From contig CAXKVF010000084.1 of the NCBI GenBank assembly GCA_964057225.1, positions 186,001 through 250,000 of the forward strand: a stretch of 64,000 nucleotides of DNA. Direction: 5' to 3'. Both the position numbers and the translations under genes were made by a program. The stretch is from Auanema rhodensis. Its lineage: Eukaryota > Animalia > Nematoda. Below are positions 44,701-59,400 of the stretch, in pieces (the stretch's first letter is position 1; every line of letters starts with the position of its first letter). The notes beneath the pieces were generated by a model. The model made no database searches. It was not told the origin of the DNA and was given only the letters and a program-made list of their open reading frames with translations.

Positions 44701-47700
44701 GTGCACATCACGTGTACATTTAATTAGCATAAATTAAAGTTCACGTAAAATTCAAAGTCATGGTTACCATGAACCAATATCAATAAAAATTTGTTTTTAG
44801 ACTAATATGGACATGGGGAATCTAATTTTGAAAACCGCATCTCTTTATCTTTCACGTGAAGCGAGTTACATACCAAGTGCACATCACGTGTACATTTAAT
44901 TAGCATAAATTAAAGTTCACGTAAATTTCAAAGTCATGGTTACCATGAAGCAATATCAATAAAAATTTGTTTTTAGACTAATATGGACATGGGGATTCTA
45001 ATTTTGAAAACCGCATCTCTTCATCTTTCACGTGAAGCGAGTTACATACCAAGTGCACATCACGTGTACATTTAATTAGCATAAATTAAAGTTCACGTAA
45101 ATTTCAAAGTCATGGTTACCATGAAGCAATATCAATAAAAATTTGTTTTTAGACTAATATGGACATGGGGATTCTAATTTTGAAAACCGCATCTCTTTAT
45201 CTTTCACGTGAAGCGAGTTACATACCAAGTGCACATCACGTGTACATTTAATTAGCATAAATTAAAGTTCACGTAAATTTCAAAGTCATGGTTACCATGC
45301 ACCAATATCAATAAAAATTTGTTTTTAGACTAATATGGACATGGGGAATCTAATTTTGAAAACCGCATCTCTTTATCTTTCACGTGAAGCGAGTTACATA
45401 CCAAGTGCACATCACGTGTACATTTAATTAGCATAAATTAAAGTTCACGTAAATTTCAAAGTCATGGTTACCATGAACCAATATCAATAAAAATTTGTTT
45501 TTAGACTAATATGGACATGGGGAATCTAATTTTAAAAACCGCATCTCTTTATCTTTCACGTGAAGCGAGTTACATACCAAGTGCACATCACGTGTACATT
45601 TAATTAGCATAAATTAAAGTTCACGTAAATTTCAAAGTCATGGTTACCATGAACCAATATCAATAAAAATTTGTTTTTAGACTAATATGGACATGGGGAA
45701 TCTAAATTTGAAAACCGCATCTCTTTATCTTTCACGTGAAGCGAGTTACATACCAAGTGCACATCACGTGTACATTTAATTAGCATAAATTAAAGTTCAC
45801 GTAAATTTCAAAGTCATGGTTACCATGAAGCAATATCAATAACAATTTGTTTTTAGACTAATATTGACATGAGGATTCTAATTTTGAAAACCGCATCTCT
45901 TTATCTTTCACGTGAAGCGAGTTACATACCAAGTGCACATCACGTGTACATTTAATTAGCATAAATTAAAGTTCACGTAAATTTCAAAGTCATGGTTACC
46001 ATGAAGCAATATCAATAACAATTTGTTTTTAGACTAATATGGACATGAGGATTCTAATTTTGAAAACCGCATCTCTTTATCTTTCACGTGAAGCGAGTTA
46101 CATACCAAGTGCACATCACGTGTACATTTAATTAGCATAAATTAAAGTTCACGTAAATTTCAAAGTCATGGTTACCATGAAGCAATATCAATAACAATTT
46201 GTTTTTAGACTAATATGGACATGAGGATTCTAATTTTGAAAACCGCATCTCTTTATCTTTCACGTGAAGCGAGTTACATACCAAGTGCACATCACGTGTA
46301 CATTTAATTAGCATAAATTAAAGTTCACGTAAATTTCAAAGTCATGGTTACCATGAAGCAATATCAATAAAAATTTGTTTTTAGACTAATATGGACATGG
46401 GGATTCTAATTTTGAAAACCGCATCTCTTTATCTTTCACGTGAAGCGAGTTACATACCAAGTGCACATCACGTGTACATTTAATTAGCATAAATTAAAGT
46501 TCACGTAAATTTCAAAGTCATGGTTACCATGAAGCAATATCAATAAAAATTTGTTTTTAAACTAATATGGACATGGGGATTCTAATTTTGAAAACCGCAT
46601 CTCTTTATCTTTCACGTGAAGCGAGTTACATACCAAGTGCACATCACGTGTACATTTAATTAGCATAAATTAAAGTTCACGTAAATTTCAAAGTCATGGT
46701 TACCATGAACCAATATCAATAAAAATTTGTTTTTAGACTAATATGGACATGGGGAATCTAATTTTGAAAACCGCATTTCTTTATCTTTCACGTGAAGCGA
46801 GTTACATACCAAGTGCACATCACGTGTACATTTAATTAGCATAAATTAAAGTTCACGTAAAATTCAAAGTCATGGTTACCATGAACCAATATCAATAAAA
46901 ATTTGTTTTTAGACTAATATGGACATGGGGAATCTAATTTTGAAAACCGCATCTCTTTATCTTTCACGTGAAGCGAGTTACATACCAAGTGCACATCACG
47001 TGTACATTTAATTAGCATAAATTAAAGTTCACGTAAATTTCAAAGTCATGGTTACCATGAAGCAATATCAATAAAAATTTGTTTTTAGACTAATATGGAC
47101 ATGGGGATTCTAATTTTGAAAACCGCATCTCTTTATCTTTCACGTGAAGCGAGTTACATACCAAGTGCACATCACGTGTACATTTAATTAGCATAAATTA
47201 AAGTTCACGTAAATTTCAAAGTCATGGTTACCATGAAGCAATATCAATAAAAATTTGTTTTTAGACTAATATGGACATGGGGATTCTAATTTTGAAAACC
47301 GCATCTCTTTATCTTTCACGTGAAGCGAGTTACATACCAAGTGCACATCACGTGTACATTTAATTAGCATAAATTAAAGTTCACGTAAATTTCAAAGTCA
47401 TGGTTACCATGCACCAATATCAATAAAAATTTGTTTTTAGACTAATATGGACATGGGGAATCTAATTTTGAAAACCGCATCTCTTTATCTTTCACGTGAA
47501 GCGAGTTACATACCAAGTGCACATCACGTGTACATTTAATTAGCATAAATTAAAGTTCACGTAAATTTCAAAGTCATGGTTACCATGAACCAATATCAAT
47601 AAAAATTTGTTTTTAGACTAATATGGACATGGGGAATCTAATTTTAAAAACCGCATCTCTTTATCTTTCACGTGAAGCGAGTTACATACCAAGTGCACAT

Positions 47701-48047
47701 CACGTGTACATTTAATTAGCATAAATTAAAGTTCACGTAAATTTCAAAGTCATGGTTACCATAAACCAATATCAATGAAAATTTGTTTTTAGACTAATAT
47801 GGACATGGGGAATCTAATTTTGAAAACCGCATTTCTTTATCTTTCACGTGAAGCGAGTTACATACCAAGTGCACATCACGTGTACATTTAATTAGCATAA
47901 ATTAAAGTTCACGTAAATTTCAAAGTCATGGTTACCATGAACCAATATCAATAAAAATTTGTTTTTAGACTAATATGGACATGGGGAATCTAATTTTGAA
48001 AACCGCATCTCTTTATCTTTCACGTGAAGCGAGTTACATACCAAGTG

Positions 48048-51000
48048 CACATCACGTGTACATTTAATTAGCATAAATTAAAGTTCACGTAAATTTCAAA
48101 GTCATGGTTACCATGAACCAATATCAATAAAAATTTGTTTTTAGACTGATATGGACATGGGGAATCTAATTTCGAAAACCGCATCTCTTTATCTTTCACG
48201 TGAAGCGAGTTACATACCAAGTGCACATCACGTGTACATTTAATTAGCATAAATTAAAGTTCACGTAAATTTCAAAGTCATGGTTACCATGAAGCAATAT
48301 CAATAAAAATTTGTTTTTAGACTAATATGGACATGGGGAATCTAATTTTGAAAACCGCATCTCTTTATCTTTCACGTGAAGCGAGTTACATACCTAGTGC
48401 ACATCACGTGTACATTTAATTAGCATAAATTAAAGTTCACGTAAATTTCAAAGTCATGGTTACCATGAACCAATATTAATAAAAATTTGTTTTTAGACTA
48501 ATATGGACATGGGGAATCTAATTTTGAAAACCGCATCTCTTTATCTTTCACGTGAAGCGAGTTACATACCAAGTGCACATCACGTGTACATTTAATTAGC
48601 ATAAATTAAAGTTCACGTAAATTTCAAAGTCATGGTTACCATGAAGCAATATCAATAAAAATTTCTTTTAGACTAATATGGACATGGGGAATCTAATTTT
48701 GAAAACCGCATCTCTTTATCTTTCACGTGAAGCGAGTTACATACCAAGTGCACATCACGTGTACATTTAATTAGCATAAATTAAAGTTCACGTAAATTTC
48801 AAAGTCATGGTTACCATGAACCAATATCAATAAAAATTTGTTTTTAGACTAATATGGACATGGGAAATCTAATTTTGAAAACCGCATCTCTTTATCTTTC
48901 ACGTGAAGCGAGTTACATACCAAGTGCACATCACGTGTACATTTAATTAGCATAAATTAAAGTTCACGTAAATTTCAAAGTCATGGTTACCATGAAGCAA
49001 TATCAATAAAAATTTGTTTTTAGACTAATATGGACATGGGGAATCTAATTTTGAAAACCGCATCTCTTTATCTTTCACGTGAAGCGAGTTACATACCAAG
49101 TGCACATCACGTGTACATTTAATTAGCATAAATTAAAGTTCACGTAAATTTCAAAGTCATGGTTACCATGCACCAATATCAATAAAAATTTGTTTTTAGA
49201 CTAATATGGACATGGGGGATCTAATTTTGAAAACCGCATCTCTTTATCTTTCACGTGAAGCGAGTTACATACCAAGTGCACATCACGTGTACATTTAATT
49301 AGCATAAATTAAAGTTCACGTAAATTTCAAAGTCATGGTTACCATGAAGCAATATCAATAAAAATTTGTTTTTAGACTAATATGGACATGGGGATTCTAA
49401 TTTTGAAAACCGCATCTCTTTATCTTTCACGTGAAGCGAGTTACATACCAAGTGCACATCACGTGTACATTTAATTAGCATAAATTAAAGTTCACGTAAA
49501 TTTCAAAGTCATGGTTACCATGAAGCAATATCAATAAAAATTTGTTTTTAGACTAATATGGACATGGGGATTCTAATTTTGAAAACCGCATCTCTTTATC
49601 TTTCACGTGAAGCGAGTTACATACCAAGTGCACATCACGTGTACATTTAATTAGCATAAATTAAAGTTCACGTAAATTTCAAAGTCATGGTTACCATGCA
49701 CCAATATCAATAAAAATTTGTTTTTAGACTGATATGGACATGGGGAATCTAATTTCGAAAACCGCATCTCTTTATCTTTCACGTGAAGCGAGTTACATAC
49801 CAAGTGCACATCACGTGTACATTTAATTAGCATAAATTAAAGTTCACGTAAATTTCAAAGTCATGGTTACCATGAAGCAATATCAATAAAAATTTGTTTT
49901 TAGACTAATATGGACATGGGGAATCTAATTTTGAAAACCGCATCTCTTTATCTTTCACGTGAAGCGAGTTACATACCTAGTGCACATCACGTGTACATTT
50001 AATTAGCATAAATTAAAGTTCACGTAAATTTCAAAGTCATGGTTACCATGAACCAATATTAATAAAAATTTGTTTTTAGACTAATATGGACATGGGGAAT
50101 CTAATTTTGAAAACCGCATCTCGTTATCTTTCACGTGAAGCGAGTTACATACCAAGTGCACATCACGTGTACATTTAATTAGCATAAATTAAAGTTCACG
50201 TAAATTTCAAAGTCATGGTTACCATGAAGCAATATCAATAAAAATTTCTTTTAGACTAATATGGACATGGGGAATCTAATTTTGAAAACCGCATCTCTTT
50301 ATCTTTCACGTGAAGCGAGTTACATACCAAGTGCACATCACGTGTACATTTAATTAGCATAAATTAAAGTTCACGTAAATTTCAAAGTCATGGTTACCAT
50401 GAACCAATATCAATAAAAATTTGTTTTTAGACTAATATGGACATGGGAAATCTAATTTTGAAAACCGCATCTCTTTATCTTTCACGTGAAGCGAGTTACA
50501 TACCAAGTGCACATCACGTGTACATTTAATTAGCATAAATTAAAGTTCACGTAAATTTCAAAGTCATGGTTACCATGAAGCAATATCAATAAAAATTTGT
50601 TTTTAGACTAATATGGACATGGGGAATCTAATTTTGAAAACCGCATCTCTTTATCTTTCACGTGAAGCGAGTTACATACCAAGTGCACATCACGTGTACA
50701 TTTAATTAGCATAAATTAAAGTTCACGTAAATTTCAAAGTCATGGTTACCATGAAGCAATATCAATAAAAATTTGTTTTTAGACTAATATGGACATGGGG
50801 AATCTAATTTTGAAAACCGCATCTCTTTATCTTTCACGTGAAGCGAGTTACATACCTAGTGCACATCACGTGTACATTTAATTAGCATAAATTAAAGTTC
50901 ACGTAAATTTCAAAGTCATGGTTACCATGAACCAATATTAATAAAAATTTGTTTTTAGACTAATATGGACATGGGGAATCTAATTTTGAAAACCGCATCT

Positions 51001-53323
51001 CGTTATCTTTCACGTGAAGCGAGTTACATACCAAGTGCACATCACGTGTACATTTAATTAGCATAAATTAAAGTTCACGTAAATTTCAAAGTCATGGTTA
51101 CCATGAAGCAATATCAATAAAAATTTCTTTTAGACTAATATGGACATGGGGAATCTAATTTTGAAAACCGCATCTCTTTATCTTTCACGTGAAGCGAGTT
51201 ACATACCAAGTGCACATCACGTGTACATTTAATTAGCATAAATTAAAGTTCACGTAAATTTCAAAGTCATGGTTACCATGAACCAATATCAATAAAAATT
51301 TGTTTTTAGACTAATATGGACATGGGAAATCTAATTTTGAAAACCGCATCTCTTTATCTTTCACGTGAAGCGAGTTACATACCAAGTGCACATCACGTGT
51401 ACATTTAATTAGCATAAATTAAAGTTCACGTAAATTTCAAAGTCATGGTTACCATGAAGCAATATCAATAAAAATTTGTTTTTAGACTAATATGGACATG
51501 GGGAATCTAATTTTGAAAACCGCATCTCTTTATCTTTCACGTGAAGCGAGTTACATACCAAGTGCACATCACGTGTACATTTAATTAGCATAAATTAAAG
51601 TTCACGTAAATTTCAAAGTCATGGTTACCATGAAGCAATATCAATAAAAATTTGTTTTTAGACTAATATGGACATGGGGATTCTAATTTTGAAAACCGCA
51701 TCTCTTTATCTTTCACGTGAAGCGAGTTACATACCAAGTGCACATCACGTGTACATTTAATTAGCATAAATTAAAGTTCACGTAAATTTCAAAGTCATGG
51801 TTACCATGAAGCAATATCAATAAAAATTTGTTTTTAGACTAATATGGACATGGGGATTCTAATTTTGAAAACCGCATCTCTTTATCTTTCACGTGAAGCG
51901 AGTTACATACCAAGTGCACATCACGTGTACATTTAATTAGCATAAATTAAAGTTCACGTAAATTTCAAAGTCATGGTTACCATGCACCAATATCAATAAA
52001 AATTTGTTTTTAGACTAATATGGACATGGGGGATCTAATTTTGAAAACCGCATCTCTTTATCTTTCACGTGAAGCGAGTTACATACCAAGTGCACATCAC
52101 GTGTACATTTAATTAGCATAAATTAAAGTTCACGTAAATTTCAAAGTCATGGTTACCATGAAGCAATATCAATAAAAATTTGTTTTTAGACTAATATGGA
52201 CATGGGGATTCTAATTTTGAAAACCGCATCTCTTTATCTTTCACGTGAAGCGAGTTACATACCAAGTGCACATCACGTGTACATTTAATTAGCATAAATT
52301 AAAGTTCACGTAAATTTCAAAGTCATGGTTACCATGAAGCAATATCAATAAAAATTTGTTTTTAGACTAATATGGACATGGGGATTCTAATTTTGAAAAC
52401 CGCATCTCTTTATCTTTCACGTGAAGCGAGTTACATACCAAGTGCACATCACGTGTACATTTAATTAGCATAAATTAAAGTTCACGTAAATTTCAAAGTC
52501 ATGGTTACCATGCACCAATATCAATAAAAATTTGTTATTAGACTAATATGGACATGGGGAATTTAATTTTGAAAACCGCATCTCTTTATCTTTCACGTGA
52601 AGCGAGTTACATACCTAGTGCACATCACGTGTACATTTAATTAGCATAAATTAAAGTTCACGTAAATTTCAAAGTCATGGTTACCATGAACCAATATCAA
52701 TAAAAATTTGTTTTTAGACTAATATGGACATGGGGAATCTAATTTTGAAAACCGCATCTCTTTATCTTTCACGTGAAGCGAGTTACATACCAAGTGCACA
52801 TCACGTGTACATTTAATTAGCATAAATTAAAGTTCACGTAAATTTCAAAGTCATGGTTACCATGAACCAATATCAATAAAAATTTGTTTTTAGACTAATA
52901 TGGACATGGGAAATCTAATTTTGAAAACCGCATCTCTTTATCTTTCACGTGAAGCGAGTTACATACCAAGTGCACATCACGTGTACATTTAATTAGCATA
53001 AATTAAAGTTCACGTAAATTTCAAAGTCATGGTTACCATGAAGCAATATCAATAAAAATTTCTTTTAGACTAATATGGACATGGGGAATCTAATTTTGAA
53101 AACCGCATCTCTTTATCTTTCACGTGAAGCGAGTTACATACCAAGTGCACATCACGTGTACATTTAATTAGCATAAATTAAAGTTCACGTAAATTTCAAA
53201 GTCATGGTTACCATGAACCAATATCAATAAAAATTTGTTTTTAGACTAATATGGACATGGGAAATCTAATTTTGAAAACCGCATCTCTTTATCTTTCACG
53301 TGAAGCGAGTTACATACCAAGTG
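48048..53323 (+). repeat. Nested duplication block carrying the 175-bp deletion monomer (9-mer, then 5-mer periods)
   Basis: GACTGAT+TTTCGAAA monomers start at 48048 and 49631 (1583 bp apart). The CCTAG / TATTAAT / deletion / GGGAAA series starts at 48224, 49807 and 50686. The deletion monomer appears again at 52973. Confidence 0.9.
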
Positions 53324-56300
53324 CACATCACGTGTACATTTAATTAGCATAAATTAAAGTTCACGTAAATTTCAAAGTCATGGTTACCATGAACCAATAT
53401 CAATAAAAATTTGTTTTTAGACTAATATGGACATGGGGAATCTAATTTTGAAAACCGCATCTCTTTATCTTTCACGTGAAGCGAGTTACATACCAAGTGC
53501 ACATCACGTATACATTTAATTAGCATAAATTAAAGTTCACGTAAATTTCAAAGTCATGGTTACCATGAACCAATATCAATAAAAATTTGTTTTTAGACTA
53601 ATATGGACATGGGGAATCTAATTTTGAAAACCGCATCTCTTTATCTTTCACGTGAAGCGAGTTACATACCAAGTGCACATCACGTGTACATTTAATTAGC
53701 ATAAATTAAAGTTCACGTAAATTTCAAAGTCATGGTTACCATGCACCAATATCAATAAAAATTTGTTTTTAGACTAATATGGACATGGGGAATCTAATTT
53801 TGAAAACCGCATCTCTTCATCTTTCACGTGAAGCGAGTTACATACCAAGTGCACATCACGTGTACATTTAATTAGCATAAATTAAAGTTCACGTAAATTT
53901 CAAAGTCATGGTTACCATGCACCAATATCAATAAAAATTTGTTTTTAGACTAATATGGACATGGGGAATCTAATTTTGAAAACCGCATCTCTTTATCTTT
54001 CACGTGAAGCGAGTTACATATCAAGTGCACATCACGTGTACATTTAATTAGCATAAATTAAAGTTCACGTAAATTTCAAAGTCATGGTTACCATGAACCA
54101 ATATCAATAAAAATTTGTTTTTAGACTAATATGGACATGGGGAATCTAATTTTGAAAACCGCATCTCTTCATCTTTCACGTGAAGCGAGTTACATACCAA
54201 GTGCACATCACGTGTACATTTAATTAGCATAAATTAAAGTTCACGTAAATTTCAAAGTCATGGTTACCATGCACCAATATCAATAAAAATTTGTTTTTAG
54301 ACTAATATGGACATGGGGAATCTAATTTTGAAAACCGCATCTCTTCATCTTTCACGTGAAGCGAGTTACATACCAAGTGCACATCACGTGTACATTTAAT
54401 TAGCATAAATTAAAGTTCACGTAAATTTCAAAGTCATGGTTACCATGCACCAATATCAATAAAAATTTGTTTTTAGACTAATATGGACATGGGGAATCTA
54501 ATTTTGAAAACCGCATCTTTTTATCTTTCACGTGAAGCGAGTTACATACCAAGTGCACATCACGTATACATTTAATTAGCATAAATTAAAGTTCACGTAA
54601 ATTTCAAAGTCATGGTTACCATGCACCAATATCAATAAAAATTTGTTTTTAAACTAATATGGACATGGGGAATCTAATTTTGAAAACCGCATATCTTTAT
54701 CTTTCACGTGAAGCGAGTTACATACCAAGTGCACATCACGTGTACATTTAATTAGCATAAATTAAAGTTCACGTAAATTTCAAAGTCATGGTTACCATGC
54801 ACCAATATCAATAAAAATTTGTTTTTAGACTAATATGGACATGGGGAATCTAATTTTGAAAACCGCATCTCTTTATCTTTCACGTGAAGCGAGTTACATA
54901 CCAAGTGCACATCACGTGTACATTTAATTAGCATAAATTAAAGTTCACGTAAATTTCAAAGTCATGGTTACCATGAACCAATATCAATAAAAATTTGTTT
55001 TTAGACTAATATGGACATGGGGAATCTAATTTTGAAAACCGCATCTCTTTATCTTTCACGTGAAGCGAGTTACATACCAAGTGCACATCACGTATACATT
55101 TATTTAGCATAAATTAAAGTTCACGTAAATTTCAAAGTCATGGTTACCATGAACCAATATCAATAAAAATTTGTTTTTAGACTAATATGGACATGGGGAA
55201 TCTAATTTTGAAAACCGCATCTCTTTATCTTTCACGTGAAGCGAGTTACATACCAAGTGCACATCACGTGTACATTTAATTAGCATAAATTAAAGTTCAC
55301 GTAAATTTCAAAGTCATGGTTACCATGAACCAATATCAATAAAAATTTGTTTTTAGACTAATATGGACATGGGGAATCTAATTTTGAAAACCGCATCTCT
55401 TCATCTTTCACGTGAAGCGAGTTACATACCAAGTGCACATCACGTGTACATTTAATTAGCATAAATTAAAGTTCACGTAAATTTCAAAGTCATGGTTACC
55501 ATGCACCAATATCAATAAAAATTTGTTTTTAGACTAATATGGACATGGGGAATCTAATTTTGAAAACCGCATCTTTTTATCTTTCACGTGAAGCGAGTTA
55601 CATACCAAGTGCACATCACGTATACATTTAATTAGCATAAATTAAAGTTCACGTAAATTTCAAAGTCATGGTTACCATGCACCAATATCAATAAAAATTT
55701 GTTTTTAAACTAATATGGACATGGGGAATCTAATTTTGAAAACCGCATCTCTTTATCTTTCACGTGAAGCGAGTTACATACCAAGTGCACATCACGTGTA
55801 CATTTAATTAGCATAAATTAAAGTTCACGTAAATTTCAAAGTCATGGTTACCATGAACCAATATCAATAAAAATTTGTTTTTAGACTAATATGGACATGG
55901 GGAATCTAATTTTGAAAACCGCATCTCTTTATCTTTCACGTGAAGCGAGTTACATACCAAGTGCACATCACGTGTACATTTAATTAGCACAAATTAAAGT
56001 TCACGTAAATTTCAAAGTCATGGTTACCATGAACCAATATCAATAAAAATTTGTTTTTAGACTAATATGGACATGGGGAATCTAATTTTGAAAACCGCAT
56101 CTCTTCATCTTTCACGTGAAGCGAGTTACATACCAAGTGCACATCACGTGTACATTTAATTAGCATAAATTAAAGTTCACGTAAATTTCAAAGTCATGGT
56201 TACCATGCACCAATATCAATAAAAATTTGTTTTTAGACTAACATGGACATGGGGAATCTAATTTTGAAAACCGCATCTCTTTATCTTTCACGTGAAGCGA

Positions 56301-56491
56301 GTTACATACCAAGTGCACATCACGTGTACATTTAATTAGCATAAATTAAAGTTCACGTAAATTTCAAAGTCATGGTTACCATGAACCAATATCAATAAAA
56401 ATTTGTTTTTAGACTAATATGGACATGGGGAATCTAATTTTGAAAACCGCATCTCTTTATCTTTCACGTGAAGCGAGTTACATACCAAGTG

Positions 56492-59400
56492 CACATCACG
56501 TGTACATTTAATTAGCATAAATTAAAGTTCACGTAAATTTCAAAGTCATGGTTACCATGAACCAATATCAATAAAAATTTGTTTTTAGACTAATATGGAC
56601 ATGGGTAATCTAATTTTGAAAACCGCATCTCTTTATCTTTCACGTGAAGCGAGTTACATACCAAGTGCACATCACGTGTACATTTAATTAGCATAAATTA
56701 AAGTTCACGTAAATTTCAAAGTCATGGTTACCATGAACCAATATCAATAAAAATTTGTTTTTAAACTAATATGGACATGGGGAATCTAATTTTGAAAACC
56801 GCATCTCTTTATCTTTCACGTGAACCGAGTTACATACCAAGTGCACATCACGTGTACATTTAATTAGCATAAATTAAAGTTCACGTAAATTTCAAAGTCA
56901 TGGTTACCATGCACCAATATCAATAAAAATTTGTTTTTAGACTAATATGGACATGGAGAATCTAATTTTGAAAACCGCATCTCTTTATCTTTCACGTGAA
57001 GCGAGTTACATACCAAGTGCACATCACGTGTACATTTAATTAGCATAAATTAAAGTTCACGTAAATTTCAAAGTCATGGTTACCATGAACCAATATCAAT
57101 AAAAATTTGTTTTTAGACTAATATGGACATGGGGAATCTAATTTTGAAAACCGCATCTCTTTATCTTTCACGTGAAGCGAGTTACATACCAAGTGCACAT
57201 CACGTGTACATTTAATTAGCATAAATTAAAGTTCACGTAAATTTCAAAGTCATGGTTACCATGAACCAATATCAATAAAAATTTGTTTTTAGACTAATAT
57301 GGACATGGGGAATCTAATTTTGAAAACCGCATCTCTTTATCTTTCACGTGAAGCGAGTTACATACCAAGTGCACATCACGTGTACATTTAATTAGCATAA
57401 ATTAAAGTTCACGTAAATTTCAAAGTCATGGTTACCATGAACCAATATCAATAAAAATTTGTTTTTAGACTAATATGGACATGGGGAATCTAATTTTGAA
57501 AACCGCATCTCCTTATCTTTCACGTGAAGCGAGTTACATACTAAGTGCACATCACGTGTACATTTAATTAGCATAAATTAAAGTTCACGTAAATTTCAAA
57601 GTCATGGTTACCATGCACCAATATCAATAAAAATTTGTTTTTAAACTAATATGGACATGGGGAATCTAATTTTGAAAACCGCATCTCTTTATCTTTCACG
57701 TGAAGCGAGTTACATACCAAGTGCACATCACGTGTACATTTAATTAGCATAAATTAAAGTTCACGTAAATTTCAAAGTCATGGTTACCATGAACCAATAT
57801 CAATAAAAATTTGTTTTTAGACTAATATGGACATGGGGAATCTAATTTTGAAAACCGCATCTCTTTATCTTTCACGTGAAGCGAGTTACATACCAAGTGC
57901 ACATCACGTGTACATTTAATTAGCATAAATTAAAGTTCACGTAAATTTCAAAGTCATGGTTACCATGAACCAATATCAATAAAAATTTGTTTTTAGACTA
58001 ATATGGACATGGGGAATCTAATTTTGAAAACCGCATCTCTTTATCTTTCACGTGAAGCGAGTTACATACCAAGTGCACATCTCGTGTACATTTAATTAGC
58101 ATAAATTAAAGTTCACGTAAATTTCAAAGTCATGGTTACCATGAACCAATATCAATAAAAATTTGTTTTTAGACTAATATGGACATGGGGAATCTAATTT
58201 TGAAAACCGCATCTCTTTATCTTTCACGTGAAGCGAGTTACATACCAAGTGCACATCACGTGTACATTTAATTAGCATAAATTAAAGTTCACGTAAATTT
58301 CAAAGTCATGGTTACCATGAACCAATATCAATAAAAATTTGTTTTTAGACTAATATGGACATGGGGAATCTAATTTTGAAAACCGCATCTCTTTATCTTT
58401 CACGTGAAGCGAGTTACATACCAAGTGCACATCACGTGTACATTTAATTAGCATAAATTAAAGTTCACGTAAATTTCAAAGTCATGGTTACCATGAACCA
58501 ATATCAATAAAAATTTGTTTTTAGACTAATATGGACATGGGGAATCTAATTTTGAAAACCGCATCTCCTTATCTTTCACGTGAAGCGAGTTACATACTAA
58601 GTGCACATCACGTGTACATTTAATTAGCATAAATTAAAGTTCACGTAAATTTCAAAGTCATGGTTACCATGCACCAATATCAATAAAAATTTGTTTTTAA
58701 ACTAATATGGACATGGGGAATCTAATTTTGAAAACCGCATCTCTTTATCTTTCACGTGAAGCGAGTTACATACCAAGTGCACATCACGTGTACATTTAAT
58801 TAGCATAAATTAAAGTTCACGTAAATTTCAAAGTCATGGTTACCATGAACCAATATCAATAAAAATTTGTTTTTAGACTAATATGGACATGGGGAATCTA
58901 ATTTTGAAAACCGCATCTCTTTATCTTTCACGTGAAGCGAGTTACATACCAAGTGCACATCACGTGTACATTTAATTAGCATAAATTAAAGTTCACGTAA
59001 ATTTCAAAGTCATGGTTACCATGCACCAATATCAATAAAAATTTGTTTTTAAACTAATATGGACATGGGGAATCTAATTTTGAAAACCGCATCTCTTTAT
59101 CTTTCACGTGAACCGAGTTACATACCAAGTGCACATCACGTGTACATTTAATTAGCATAAATTAAAGTTCACGTAAATTTCAAAGTCATGGTTACCATGC
59201 ACCAATATCAATAAAAATTTGTTTTTAGACTAATATGGACATGGGGAATCTAATTTTGAAAACCGCATCTCTTTATCTTTCACGTGAAGCGAGTTACATA
59301 CCAAGTGCACATCACGTGTACATTTAATTAGCATAAATTAAAGTTCACGTAAATTTCAAAGTCATGGTTACCATGAACCAATATCAATAAAAATTTGTTT

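Noticed and set aside
48168-48190. CENP-B box created by the TTTCGAAAACCG variant
   Set aside because: Only TTCG matches. The required A and CGGG of TTCG-N4-A-N2-CGGG are missing.
48068-48250. 60-aa minus-strand ORF (MLIKCTRDVH...)
   Set aside because: It is one satellite monomer read backwards. A single A>G (GACTAAT to GACTGAT) turns the usual minus-strand TAG after codon 34 into CAG. There is no gene context or recognisable domain.
49651-49833. Second identical 60-aa ORF
   Set aside because: It is a copy of the same variant monomer made by the 9-monomer (1583-bp) duplication, so the identity reflects recent duplication and not protein conservation.
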